A stretch of 64,000 bases of DNA from Candidatus Woesearchaeota archaeon. GTDB taxonomy: Archaea; Nanobdellota; Nanobdellia; Woesearchaeales; WAPY01. This document shows positions 39,406 through 48,847 of the stretch, in pieces. The notes beneath the pieces were generated by a model that did no database searches, had not been told where the DNA came from, and saw only the letters and a list, made by a program, of their open reading frames with translations. Position 1 is the first letter of the stretch. Each line of letters starts with the position of its first letter. The position numbers and the translations under genes were made by a program. The DNA lies in assembly GCA_049700835.1 (NCBI GenBank), contig JBNAUL010000002.1, positions 62,001-126,000 on the forward strand. Reading direction: 5' to 3'.

Positions 39406-39981
39406 TTATTTTTTGTTCCATTTGTTTTTTCCATTTAACAAAGCATCAACCTTTGATTTCAATTTTTTTATTCTTTTTTTTATTTTTTCCCTTTGCTTCT
39501 TTTTGAGTTTTCTGCTGATGATAGAATATTGAAGTTCAATGTTCTTTATGATTTCCTTAATCTCCTCTATCTTTTTGCTTCTCTGATTTTCAAGAATTCT
39601 TTTTTCCAATTCAATTTTTTTTTCTTCTGATGCTTTCCTGTTTGCAATCTCCTCATAAAGTTTCTTTAACTTTTCATATGCTGTTCTTGCATCCTTTTCA
39701 ATTTTTATCGAATCAATCCTGTGCTCTGCATAGAACTTGAGGTCTGCTCTTGAATCCTTTATCATTCTTTTTATTTCATTTTCATACTTCATCATCCCAA
39801 CTTTCATGTCTTCTTCTGAACTAACACTCTTAAGTTTTTGAGTTTCTTGGTTCCCAATATTTTTATTGCCATGAAAATCCTTTTCAGAGAATATTGACTT
39901 TTCTGCTTGCTCTTTCTGCAGCCTGTTCGCTGAATTTCCAAGGGCTATTATAAAATTCCTCAGTTTTGATTTTGAAATCAT
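39406..39981 (-). CDS. Hypothetical basic coiled-coil protein
   Basis: 191 aa, K/E-rich heptads; tightly spaced between the Q-rich gene and the histone gene. Confidence 0.7.
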   Translation of the reverse strand: MISKSKLRNFIIALGNSANRLQKEQAEKSIFSEKDFHGNKNIGNQETQKLKSVSSEEDMKVGMMKYENEIKRMIKDSRADLKFYAEHRIDSIKIEKDARTAYEKLKKLYEEIANRKASEEKKIELEKRILENQRSKKIEEIKEIIKNIELQYSIISRKLKKKQREKIKKRIKKLKSKVDALLNGKNKWNKK

Positions 39982-40010
39982 TCTTCTCCAAATTAGTTTG
40001 ACTTAGTTTA

Positions 40011-40688
40011 TTAGAATTTTAGCTCGTGTTTTGGAAGTGGTTTTGGTTTTATTTCCTGACTTTGGGTTTGAGGAGGAATTGGAATTTGCATGTTCAATGT
40101 TTGCCCTGATTGCTGTTGCATTGTTGGCTGCATTGAAGGGCTTAAGTTCTGCGATAAGGTTTGAGTGCCCTGAGTTGCTTGAGCTGTTTGAGCTGTTTGA
40201 GGAGCTTGAACCTGCTGCGGGTAATATTGGAATTGAGGTCCTGCCTGAATTCTTTGCTGAATCTGCTGAGGATTTTGCTGCATCATCTGCTGTTGGCCTT
40301 GGTATGCTTGATTAGGCATTTGCACAGGAATTCTTATATAACGAGCCCTTACCTGCTGCGTGTTCTCCTTTATCTGAGGGAGGTGCTCATTTAGAATATC
40401 AGCCAAAGCAAGGATGCCCTTTGCTATTTTTTCATTCTGCTCAATCAAAACTTTCAGCGGAAGTTCATAATTTTCTTTATATTCCTTAACTTGGCTTGGA
40501 TTCTTCAGTTCATTTACAGCTTCTCTGAAAACAGCTATTAGCTCTTCTATGGATTCCTGAAGGCTTTTAGAACCAGGAATCTCTTGATTGGACTGAGAAT
40601 AATTTTTTATATCCTGCTTGAGCAGCTTTATTTCCTTTTTTAAATCTTCTAATTCCTTCTTTGGAACAATTTCATAATCTTTTGTCAT
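40011..40688 (-). CDS. Hypothetical protein: N-terminal coiled coil plus Gln/Pro-rich low-complexity tail
   Basis: YEIVP...LIEQNEKIAKGILALADIL followed by a Q/P-rich tail; SD GAGGGTGA. Confidence 0.8.
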   Translation of the reverse strand: MTKDYEIVPKKELEDLKKEIKLLKQDIKNYSQSNQEIPGSKSLQESIEELIAVFREAVNELKNPSQVKEYKENYELPLKVLIEQNEKIAKGILALADILNEHLPQIKENTQQVRARYIRIPVQMPNQAYQGQQQMMQQNPQQIQQRIQAGPQFQYYPQQVQAPQTAQTAQATQGTQTLSQNLSPSMQPTMQQQSGQTLNMQIPIPPQTQSQEIKPKPLPKHELKF

Positions 40689-40953
40689 TTGAATCACCCT
40701 CTTTTTTTGCAAGTTTGGAGCATTTGCCTCACAAACTTAATTAAATAGTGCAAGGTTTTTAAATATTTCTCATTTTTTATTAAATTTTTGCTTATAAGAT
40801 CCAAAGCAAAAAATAAAGCAATAGAAAGACAAAGTTTAAAACAGAGAAATAATTTGTTTTAAATTATGGAAATAAATAACAAAGATATAATAAAATAAAA
40901 GAAAAATAAAAAGAATAATAAAAATCAGCAAATTAAAATTAATTTAGGGAAAA

Positions 40954-41214
40954 ATGAATGAGAAAAAAATGCGCTCTGAAACAAATCATTCCAAAAGGCA
41001 TAAAAGGACTTTCATTGCTACAAAGCGCATCACCAATTTTGTGATACTGTTTCTAATGCTTATTTTGATTTTATCTCTAATTATTAGATTAAAAAGTTTA
41101 AGTTTAAACAATTCCAAGGATTTTGGGTTAATTCTTTATTTTTTTGTTATACTCATTTGCATAATTGTGTTATATAAAATGATTGAGAGAATAACTAAGA
41201 AACATGAACTATAA
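40954..41214 (+). CDS. Small two-TM membrane protein
   Basis: Two hydrophobic helices flanked by basic residues; lies in an AT-rich region. Confidence 0.5.
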   Translation: MNEKKMRSETNHSKRHKRTFIATKRITNFVILFLMLILILSLIIRLKSLSLNNSKDFGLILYFFVILICIIVLYKMIERITKKHEL

Positions 41215-41558
41215 TTAAAATATGATAAGCGAAAAATAAAATATAAAAAGCAAAATAACAGAATAAGCAAAATAAAGAAAAATAAACTTTAAAATATATT
41301 TTATAAAAATTATTTTTAAAAACCACAATATTTAAATAGTGATGTAACTACTACGGGATAAAAAAGATTTATAACTATAAAAAAATAATTAAAAAAAGTA
41401 AATTATTTATATTTGAAAGCATTTGAAGTTTTAGAAGATAACAAAATATAAAAAATGCAAAAAAAATAAAAATAATTGGTTTACAAAGACAGATTAAAAA
41501 CAGATTATAAAAGAAGATTAAATTCAAAATAAATTCAAAAACATTTGGGGGTTGAAAA

Positions 41559-43409
41559 ATGAAAAACAAGATTATAACTTTTGCAATATTTGTTCTGTTT
41601 AGTTTATTTTGCAGTTTATTGGCAAGCGCGGCAACACCGACAGTAACTTTGATTACGCCTTCTCACAACACTGTTTTGGCTCCAGGTACTGTGAATTTTG
41701 TTTACAATGCAACAAGCAACTATGCTTTAATAAACTGCAGTTTGTACACAAACGAAACAGGAACATTTTCCTTGGTAGAAACAGACAATTCTGTAATCAA
41801 TGGAACAAACCAGTTCACAAGGGAATATACTTCAAGAATTGTTTTAAATTGGAACATAAAATGTTATGACAGCACTGCATTTGCATGGGGCACAGCAAGA
41901 ACGCTTTACATAAATAATCCTCCTATATGGTTGATGCCATTGCCTTCTCAAACAGTAAGCGAGGATTCTGACGCGCAGTCAATAAACCTGACAGATTTTG
42001 CATCAGACGCTGATTTTGACGCTTTGACATTCAGCATCTCAGAGGAAAATATTTCAAAAGTTGATTGCAACATAAGCGGAACATTGCTCTATTTTAAACC
42101 GGCTCCAAACTATTTTGGAACAACATACTGCAAGGTAAGGGTAAATGATGGAATATCAACTGCAAATACAACATTAGAAATAACAGTAAATCCAATTCCA
42201 GATGCTCCTATAGTGAGCGACATCCCAAATCAAACAGTAACCGTAAATCAAGCATTAAATATTCAAGTAAATGCTTATGACCCTGATGGCGATCCATTGA
42301 CATATTCTTTGGTGCAAAAACCTAACGGGATGAGCATAACAAACACAGGATTGATAACTTGGACACCAACGAACACAGGAAATTATTTGGTAACAGTTCA
42401 GGTTAGCGACGGGACTTACACTTCAACAAAATCATTTTATGTAAATGTTGCGGTTCCAAATAAACTTGAGATTTACAATGTTGAAGTAACAGTAGACGGT
42501 TCAAGGGATTCAAGCGTTGGTTCAGGAGACATAATAACTATAAAACCAGAATCCCAAGTAAGCGTTAAGGTTTCATTAAAGAACATGTACACTTCAAGCG
42601 AGAGAATTACGATAAAAGATGTTGTTTTAACAGTTACCGCAGTGGGAATAGACGACGGGGACGACATTGAGGAAGAAACAAGCGAATTCAACATAAGGTA
42701 CAATACAGTTGTTTCAAAAACACTTGACTTTAAGATACCATTAAAGGTTGAAGAAGAAGAGTATGATTTGATTATTCATGCAGAAGGAGAAGATGAAAAT
42801 GGTTATGAACAGGTTGCAGAGATTACAATCAAACTTAGCGTTGACAAGAAGAACCACGACCTGAGAATAAGAAGCGTGAATTTGATGCCAGAGGAGATAA
42901 GCTGCGACCGAACAATAAGCTTTGAAACTCAAATAATAAACTTGGGAAGCAGCTATGAGGACGAAGCTGGTTTGAGCGTAGAGAGCCAGCAGTTGAATAT
43001 TCTCAAGAGAGAGTCGTTTGAATTGAGCAATGATCCTTTTGACGAAGACAACGAGAAGCGATTTGCATACACATTCACAATCCCAGACGATACAAGGGCA
43101 GGAACCTATTCAATCATCGTCAGGACTTATTACAACAAAGACATTCTAAGCGACCAAAACACGGTGCAGCTTACAGTGAAGGATTGTTCAGCAGCAACTC
43201 CTACTCCAACTCAAACAGCAACTCCAACTCCTACTCCTACGCAAACAATCGTTGTAGAGACGCCAACTCCAGCGGTGACAGCAGTTCCTGTGAGCGAAGA
43301 GAAAAAGTTCACAGAAACAACAGAATACATGATTTTGCTTATTGCTGCGAATGTAATAATTGTTGCAATAGTATTGATACTTTTGGTAAAACTGTTTTTG
43401 AGAAAATAA
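41559..43409 (+). CDS. Cell-surface protein with cadherin/Ig-like repeats, Thr/Pro linker and C-terminal TM anchor
   Basis: Signal peptide; NNPP...SEDS...SDADFDALTF; DAPIV...DPDGDPLTYSL...GLITWTP; TPTPT linker; TM followed by RK. Confidence 0.88.
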   Translation: MKNKIITFAIFVLFSLFCSLLASAATPTVTLITPSHNTVLAPGTVNFVYNATSNYALINCSLYTNETGTFSLVETDNSVINGTNQFTREYTSRIVLNWNIKCYDSTAFAWGTARTLYINNPPIWLMPLPSQTVSEDSDAQSINLTDFASDADFDALTFSISEENISKVDCNISGTLLYFKPAPNYFGTTYCKVRVNDGISTANTTLEITVNPIPDAPIVSDIPNQTVTVNQALNIQVNAYDPDGDPLTYSLVQKPNGMSITNTGLITWTPTNTGNYLVTVQVSDGTYTSTKSFYVNVAVPNKLEIYNVEVTVDGSRDSSVGSGDIITIKPESQVSVKVSLKNMYTSSERITIKDVVLTVTAVGIDDGDDIEEETSEFNIRYNTVVSKTLDFKIPLKVEEEEYDLIIHAEGEDENGYEQVAEITIKLSVDKKNHDLRIRSVNLMPEEISCDRTISFETQIINLGSSYEDEAGLSVESQQLNILKRESFELSNDPFDEDNEKRFAYTFTIPDDTRAGTYSIIVRTYYNKDILSDQNTVQLTVKDCSAATPTPTQTATPTPTPTQTIVVETPTPAVTAVPVSEEKKFTETTEYMILLIAANVIIVAIVLILLVKLFLRK

Positions 43410-43410
43410 G

Positions 43411-43460
43411 TTTTTAATTTTTCTTTTTTATTTTCTTGTTTTTTTCTTTCTTTTGATTTT
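43411..43460 (+). terminator. Oligo-T tract after the surface-protein gene (archaeal-type terminator candidate)
   Basis: TTTTTAATTTTTCTTTTTTATTTTCTTGTTTTTTTCTTTC starts right after the stop codon. Confidence 0.45.
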
Positions 43461-43546
43461 TTAAAGAAGATAATAGGTTGCGCAAGTAAAAGCCATAAAA
43501 AAATCATCCAAAGATTTAAAAACATGAATTAGATATATTCATTTTT

Positions 43547-44194
43547 ATGAATGAGAAAACGCTCTCCAATAAAGATTTAGAGTTCAACAATGAAAAGAAA
43601 AACATTCTTAAAAAAATGATTGTTTATGACAAATCAAAAAAGGGAAGCATCGATGAAGAGATAAAAGAGCTTGTTTTTCTAATAAATTCCATTGAAAACT
43701 ACTATACAACGAGTTCCTGCGCAGGAAGGATAATGCTAATTAAAGTTGACAAGAACAGAAGAAAGGACAAGTCAGAATGGTTGTATGTAACTCACAAAGA
43801 AGCAAAATTTAAAGAGATGAAGAGAGCTTTGGAAGAAGGAATAAAGAATGCAAGAGAAGGGGAAAGTATTTGGTTCAAACAAGAACCGCTGATACTTCAT
43901 GTGTGCGCAAAAAACCTTGAGAGCGCAAATAAGATTTTAACTATTGCAAGAGATTCCGGGCTAAAAAAATCAGGAATCATAACGCTTTCCCGCAGAATAA
44001 TAATTGAGATTGAAGGCACAGAGAACATAAGCGCTTTGGTTGCAAAGAATTGCAATAAAGAGAAAATTATCCTAACAGATGATTTATACCTAAAAGCCTT
44101 GGTTGACGAAGCAAATCGCAAGATGCTCTTGAATAAGTCTAAAAACAGGAATTTTTTTGAGAGAATAAAAAGGGAATTTGGGTTTGAAAGATAA
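43547..44194 (+). CDS. taw3: tRNA wybutosine-pathway methyltransferase Taw3/TYW3
   Basis: DKSKKGSIDEEI, YYTTSSCAGRI, WLYVTH, EPLILHV, SGLKKSGI. Confidence 0.92.
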   Translation: MNEKTLSNKDLEFNNEKKNILKKMIVYDKSKKGSIDEEIKELVFLINSIENYYTTSSCAGRIMLIKVDKNRRKDKSEWLYVTHKEAKFKEMKRALEEGIKNAREGESIWFKQEPLILHVCAKNLESANKILTIARDSGLKKSGIITLSRRIIIEIEGTENISALVAKNCNKEKIILTDDLYLKALVDEANRKMLLNKSKNRNFFERIKREFGFER

Positions 44195-44343
44195 AAATCA
44201 AAAAGTTAAAGATAAGTTGAATATTTGTTTTTATATTTTTATATATCATTTGCAACTCGTTTTGCAACTCGCAAAAGTTTTAAATTTTTTTAAAAAGCAA
44301 TTGCAGCTTTTCTTTATTGTTTTTGGATTTTTAGAAAATTTTT

Positions 44344-45174
44344 TTATTTTCTTTTGGAATTTACTATCTTGTGCATTCTGTCAACAAAATCCTTTGCTTC
44401 TTTGTAATAATTGTCAAATTCCTTTCCTGAAATGCTCTTTATTTCTCTGTAAATGATTTTCTTTGACAGGTCATAGAATTTTTTCATTACATCAACATAT
44501 CTTTTTTCTAAGAGCTTATTCTTGACAAGAACATCATCTAGCATTTCTGCAACATGCTTTGGAGTTGGAGGAACAGCTCCTTTTCTCATTAGCGCTGCAT
44601 GCGCAGAATCAATTACAGCCCAGTAAAGGTCAAGCGCTGCCTGCAACACTCTGCTCTTTGAAAGTTCTATGGTTCTTGGGGCTCTCGCATAATAAGCCCA
44701 AATAGCTTCTTCGCTTGGCCTTATTCTTCCTTGGAACAATAATGCCTGCAGCGGTTCAAAGAAGCCAGTATCAAGTATTGCAACGCCGTCGCTCAAAATA
44801 TTTATTGCAATAGGATCTCCTGCTCTTACATAATCCCAAAAATGAGTGAATTTTAGAGAAGTTACATGCAATCTCTGGCTTGTTTCAACAATTAATCTTT
44901 CCATTATTATTCTGTATGTTTCAACTACCTCTGGTGTTAGTTCTATTGTCAAGTCATCAACTATGACTAAAATATCGATGTCAGATTTTTCATCAGGATT
45001 TTCCTTGTTGATGCTCTTAAATTTTCTTGATATGCTTCCAAAGAGAACTATTGCTTTTATAAAACTCTTGAATTCATTGTATACCTTTTTTGAAAATTCA
45101 AATGCAGTATCAAGTTCGTCCTTGTTATACTTTTCAAGGTTGATACTCCTCTTTTTTTGTATTCTAAACTCCAT
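44344..45174 (-). CDS. Nucleotidyltransferase (MNT)-HEPN fusion protein
   Basis: IVLFGS...SDIDILVIVDD; C-terminal HEPN-like helices LYWAVIDSAHAAL...PPTPKHV. Confidence 0.8.
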   Translation of the reverse strand: MEFRIQKKRSINLEKYNKDELDTAFEFSKKVYNEFKSFIKAIVLFGSISRKFKSINKENPDEKSDIDILVIVDDLTIELTPEVVETYRIIMERLIVETSQRLHVTSLKFTHFWDYVRAGDPIAINILSDGVAILDTGFFEPLQALLFQGRIRPSEEAIWAYYARAPRTIELSKSRVLQAALDLYWAVIDSAHAALMRKGAVPPTPKHVAEMLDDVLVKNKLLEKRYVDVMKKFYDLSKKIIYREIKSISGKEFDNYYKEAKDFVDRMHKIVNSKRK

Positions 45175-45484
45175 ATGATAGAATAATTAGTTGTTGTTTT
45201 TATTAAACTTTTTAACTTTTTAATAATGGTAAAAATATTAATGGAATGCTTATTGTGCGCTTCTCTAAAATTCCAATAAAAAAATTGCTTCACACAGACA
45301 ATCAATTATTTCTAATTGCTTTCTCTTGCATAGTTGAAATTCATTTTATATAAATAAAATAAAAGCAATAAAATAAAAGCAGAAGCTTAAATGCAAATGT
45401 TTTCAAATTTTTTGATTATTCTATGCTCTTGCTAAATTTTTAATATTGACAAAATTTTTAAATTTTGAAACAAAACCAAAGAAT

Positions 45485-45946
45485 ATGAATGCCTACGAAG
45501 AGAAACTTTGGAAATTCGTTGAGAAGCACAGCGTCAAAGCAGAGTTCTTTAGGTTTGAAGAATCATGCCACAGTGTTAAAGAAGCTGCACAAAGAATTCA
45601 TGCTGAAAAGAATGACTTGGTAAAGAACATTTGTTTTGTTTTATCTGACGGAGAAATTATTGTTGCAATTGTAAGGGGAAATGACGGAATAAGGGTTTCA
45701 AAAATAAGAGAAATATTTTCAAAGAATGCGAGAATAATGGGTGCAGAAGAGATACTTCAAAGAACAGGGTACCCTTGCGGAGGAGTTCCTTCATTTGGTT
45801 TTAATACGGTATTTTTAATGGATAAGAAGGTTATGGAAAAGGAATTTGTATACACAAGCGGAGGTTCTGAAAATTCTCTGATTAGAATCAGCACAACAGA
45901 TCTCATAAAGCTTAACAAAGGCATAATAGCAAATATAAGAAAATAA
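45485..45946 (+). CDS. YbaK/EbsC aminoacyl-tRNA deacylase family protein
   Basis: HSVKEAA, LVKNI, TGYPCGGVPSFG, TSGGS. Confidence 0.9.
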   Translation: MNAYEEKLWKFVEKHSVKAEFFRFEESCHSVKEAAQRIHAEKNDLVKNICFVLSDGEIIVAIVRGNDGIRVSKIREIFSKNARIMGAEEILQRTGYPCGGVPSFGFNTVFLMDKKVMEKEFVYTSGGSENSLIRISTTDLIKLNKGIIANIRK

Positions 45947-45997
45947 AAATATATTTATGATATATTTATAAATAAGTTTTACAGGAGGAAAGATTTT

Positions 45998-46375
45998 ATG
46001 AAATCAAAATTTTTTAAAAAACAAAACAAGTTAATGACTAAATGCTTGGTCGTAATTACTACTACGAATAAGATGGAAAATGCAGAGAAGATAGCCACTA
46101 TTTTATTAAAAAACAGATTAGTAGCATGCGCTCAAATACTTAGCATTAAGAGTTTTTACTGGTGGGAGAACAACATTCAAAAGGACAAAGAGTTTTTGTT
46201 GTTTTTAAAAACAAAATCTGAAAACTATAAGGTTGTTGAGAAAAAGATAATTGAGAATCACAATTACAAATTACCAGAAATCATTGCTTTAGAAGCAAGT
46301 AAGGGAAGTAGAGATTATTTTGAGTGGATTGAAAGAACATTGAATCGCAAAAACAAGAATAAAAACTTAAAATGA
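45998..46375 (+). CDS. cutA: Divalent-cation tolerance protein CutA
   Basis: LVACAQI, SFYWWE, E..L..KT, HNYKLPEII, YFEWI; SD AGGAGG. Confidence 0.93.
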   Translation: MKSKFFKKQNKLMTKCLVVITTTNKMENAEKIATILLKNRLVACAQILSIKSFYWWENNIQKDKEFLLFLKTKSENYKVVEKKIIENHNYKLPEIIALEASKGSRDYFEWIERTLNRKNKNKNLK

Positions 46376-46396
46376 AAATCAAATTTAAGTTTTAAA

Positions 46397-47410
46397 ATGA
46401 AAAAAAATTTTTGTCTTGAAGATTTCAATTATGAAGTTCCTAAAGAATTAATCGCGCAAAAACCTATAATTCCAAGGGACCATGCAAGAATGATGGTTGT
46501 AAAAGATAAGATTTATCACAAGCATTTTTATCAACTTCCAGAATACTTGGAAAAAGGAGATGTTATTGTAGTTAATAACACGCGAGTTATACCTGCAAAA
46601 TTTTTTGGGAAAAAAGAAACAGGAGGAAAGGTTGAAGTCCTGTTAATAAAAAATTTAGGAGAAAATGTTTGGGAATGCTTAGTAAAAGGTAGACGAATAA
46701 AGGAAAACACAAGCTTGTTCTTTGATGGTTTAAAAGCAAAAGTAGAATCAAGAAAAGAAGGAAAGTTCATACTGAATTTTAATAAGAAAATAAGAAATGA
46801 GATTTTCAATAAAGGAGAAATACCTCTGCCAAACTACATAAAAGAGAAACTTGAAGACAAAGAAATGTACCAAACAGTTTATTCAAAGAGATTAGGAGCA
46901 ATAGCCGCCCCAACAGCAGGACTTCATTTCACAAAAGAATTAATTGAAAAATTAAATTCAAAAGGGGTTAGATTTGTAGAGATTACGCTGCATGTTAGTT
47001 TGGGAACTTTCAAACCAGTGAAAAACATTGAAACTCATAAAATGGATGAAGAATACTATGAAATCAGTGAGGAATCTGCTTCTATGATAAATGAAGCTTT
47101 TGAGAACAAAAATAGTGTTTTTGCAGTCGGAACCACAGTTGTGAAAACATTAGAAACAGTTTCGGATAGCAATGGTTTAATAATCCCAAAAACAGGACTT
47201 TCTGATCTGTTCATAAAACCTGATTACAAGTTCAAAACTAAACTTAGTGCAATGATAACCAACTTTCACATTCCAAAATCCACTTTAATAATGATGGTTT
47301 GCGCTTTTGGAGGTTACGAAAGAGTTATGAATGCTTATAAAGAAGCAATAAGAGAAAAATATAAATTCTTTAGTTTTGGGGATTCGATGCTGCTTTTCAG
47401 AGAGCAGTAA
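46397..47410 (+). CDS. queA: S-adenosylmethionine:tRNA ribosyltransferase-isomerase
   Basis: FNYEVPKELIAQKP, NNTRVIPA, YQTVYS, AAPTAGLHFT, AVGTT, TNFHIPKSTL, YKFFSFGDSM. Confidence 0.96.
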   Translation: MKKNFCLEDFNYEVPKELIAQKPIIPRDHARMMVVKDKIYHKHFYQLPEYLEKGDVIVVNNTRVIPAKFFGKKETGGKVEVLLIKNLGENVWECLVKGRRIKENTSLFFDGLKAKVESRKEGKFILNFNKKIRNEIFNKGEIPLPNYIKEKLEDKEMYQTVYSKRLGAIAAPTAGLHFTKELIEKLNSKGVRFVEITLHVSLGTFKPVKNIETHKMDEEYYEISEESASMINEAFENKNSVFAVGTTVVKTLETVSDSNGLIIPKTGLSDLFIKPDYKFKTKLSAMITNFHIPKSTLIMMVCAFGGYERVMNAYKEAIREKYKFFSFGDSMLLFREQ

Positions 47411-47484
47411 TTCAGCAGAACTTTTAGAATTAATAATAAAAATTTGCAAGTTTGATATTGTTTTAAACCTTTTGTATTTTATTT

Positions 47485-48048
47485 TTATTTTGACAGTCGA
47501 ATAGAAAAAACGCAACCGCAGTAGTTTTGCCTGTAAATGTTGCATTCCTTACATTTTTTAACGCTGAACTTAAAGCCTTCTTGTTTTTTCAGATTTATTT
47601 CTACAAAATTAATTCCTTTTTCCTCAGCTAAGTTTTTGCCTACTCTATTTATCAATTTACTGTTTTTATTTTCTCCTAATGTTAATGTTGTTGAAATGAA
47701 CTTTATGTTTTTTGAAAGCGCAAAATCAGCTGTTTTCTTTAATCTTACTTTAAAACAAGCAGAGCACCTTTTTCCTCCTTCAGGTTCTTTATCATAATCT
47801 TTTATTTTCTTTATCTCTTTAAACCACAAATCAATATCATACTCTCCTTCATAGAATTTTATACTATTTAAATTGCAATAATTTCTTGCATTTTCCAACC
47901 TTTTCTTGTATTCTTCGTAAGGATGAATGTTTGGGTTAAAGAAGAAAACTATGATTTCATAATTCTTTAATCTGTCAATGGCTGTAATCAAGCATGGAGC
48001 GCAGCAGCAGTGCAGCAGCAATCTTGGCTTATTCATGCGCCTCATCAC
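47485..48048 (-). CDS. queH: Epoxyqueuosine reductase QueH (DUF208)
   Basis: LLLHCCCAPC, FFNPNIHP, EGGKRCSACF, YRQNYCGC; real start may be ATG 48036. Confidence 0.94.
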   Translation of the reverse strand: MMRRMNKPRLLLHCCCAPCLITAIDRLKNYEIIVFFFNPNIHPYEEYKKRLENARNYCNLNSIKFYEGEYDIDLWFKEIKKIKDYDKEPEGGKRCSACFKVRLKKTADFALSKNIKFISTTLTLGENKNSKLINRVGKNLAEEKGINFVEINLKKQEGFKFSVKKCKECNIYRQNYCGCVFSIRLSK

Positions 48049-48156
48049 TCCTATGAATTCTTATTTTTATTAAAAATTATCGTTTGTTTTTATTTATAAA
48101 AAAGGCATCAGGCAAAAACAATAAATTTTATAAACGCGCAAAGAAATTTCATTTTC

Positions 48157-48822
48157 ATGCAACAGGAAAAATTTGAAAGAGAGATACTCGTTGTTCCAAG
48201 AAATATTCTCTTTGCAGAGAAAAGTTTTCAGGGATTTCTCAATTTTGAAGAATACAACTACATCCCAATAATACTTAAAAATTTCATTTGGATTAAGAGA
48301 AAAGAAGCAGAATTCAATCCAAAGTATCAGCAAATAATACCATACGGAGTTATTGTTGATTCAAAATCAAGAAGCATCTTTGTTTACAGAAGGAGTTCTG
48401 GGCAGGCATATGCTGAAAAGAGATTATACAATAAAATTTCATTAGGGGTTGGAGGGCACATTGAAAAAGAGGACTTGGCAGAAGAAAAAAATTACTCAGT
48501 AAAAAATATTTTTGAGAGATGCCTGTTGAGAGAAATTAGAGAAGAAATAAATGTTGAGAACGCTCTTAATCTATTCCTGTTCAGCCTGTTCGGGTTCTTG
48601 AAGTTAGAAGACAATAGCATTGACAAAGACCATTTTGGAATTGTCTATCTAATTGAAATGCCAAAATCCAAAATGAAGCTGAACAAGGGAGAGATTAGTT
48701 CTGGAAAATTTGTGAGTTTTAAAGAACTATGCTCGCTGAGAGAACTAGCAGAGGGTTGGACATCTGCATTAATAGATCCATTGGTTGATTATTACGAAAA
48801 TACGAATCAAAGCAAAAAGTAA
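48157..48822 (+). CDS. Nudix-family hydrolase (YmaB/COG4112-like)
   Basis: QQIIPY, EKRL...SLGVGGHIE, REIREEI, HFGIVY. Confidence 0.85.
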   Translation: MQQEKFEREILVVPRNILFAEKSFQGFLNFEEYNYIPIILKNFIWIKRKEAEFNPKYQQIIPYGVIVDSKSRSIFVYRRSSGQAYAEKRLYNKISLGVGGHIEKEDLAEEKNYSVKNIFERCLLREIREEINVENALNLFLFSLFGFLKLEDNSIDKDHFGIVYLIEMPKSKMKLNKGEISSGKFVSFKELCSLRELAEGWTSALIDPLVDYYENTNQSKK

Positions 48823-48847
48823 TAAAAATAAAAAACAAGAAATTCAA

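Noticed and set aside
43190..43270. ACTCCA/ACTCCT repeats
   Set aside because: Encode the ordinary Thr/Pro linker of the surface protein.
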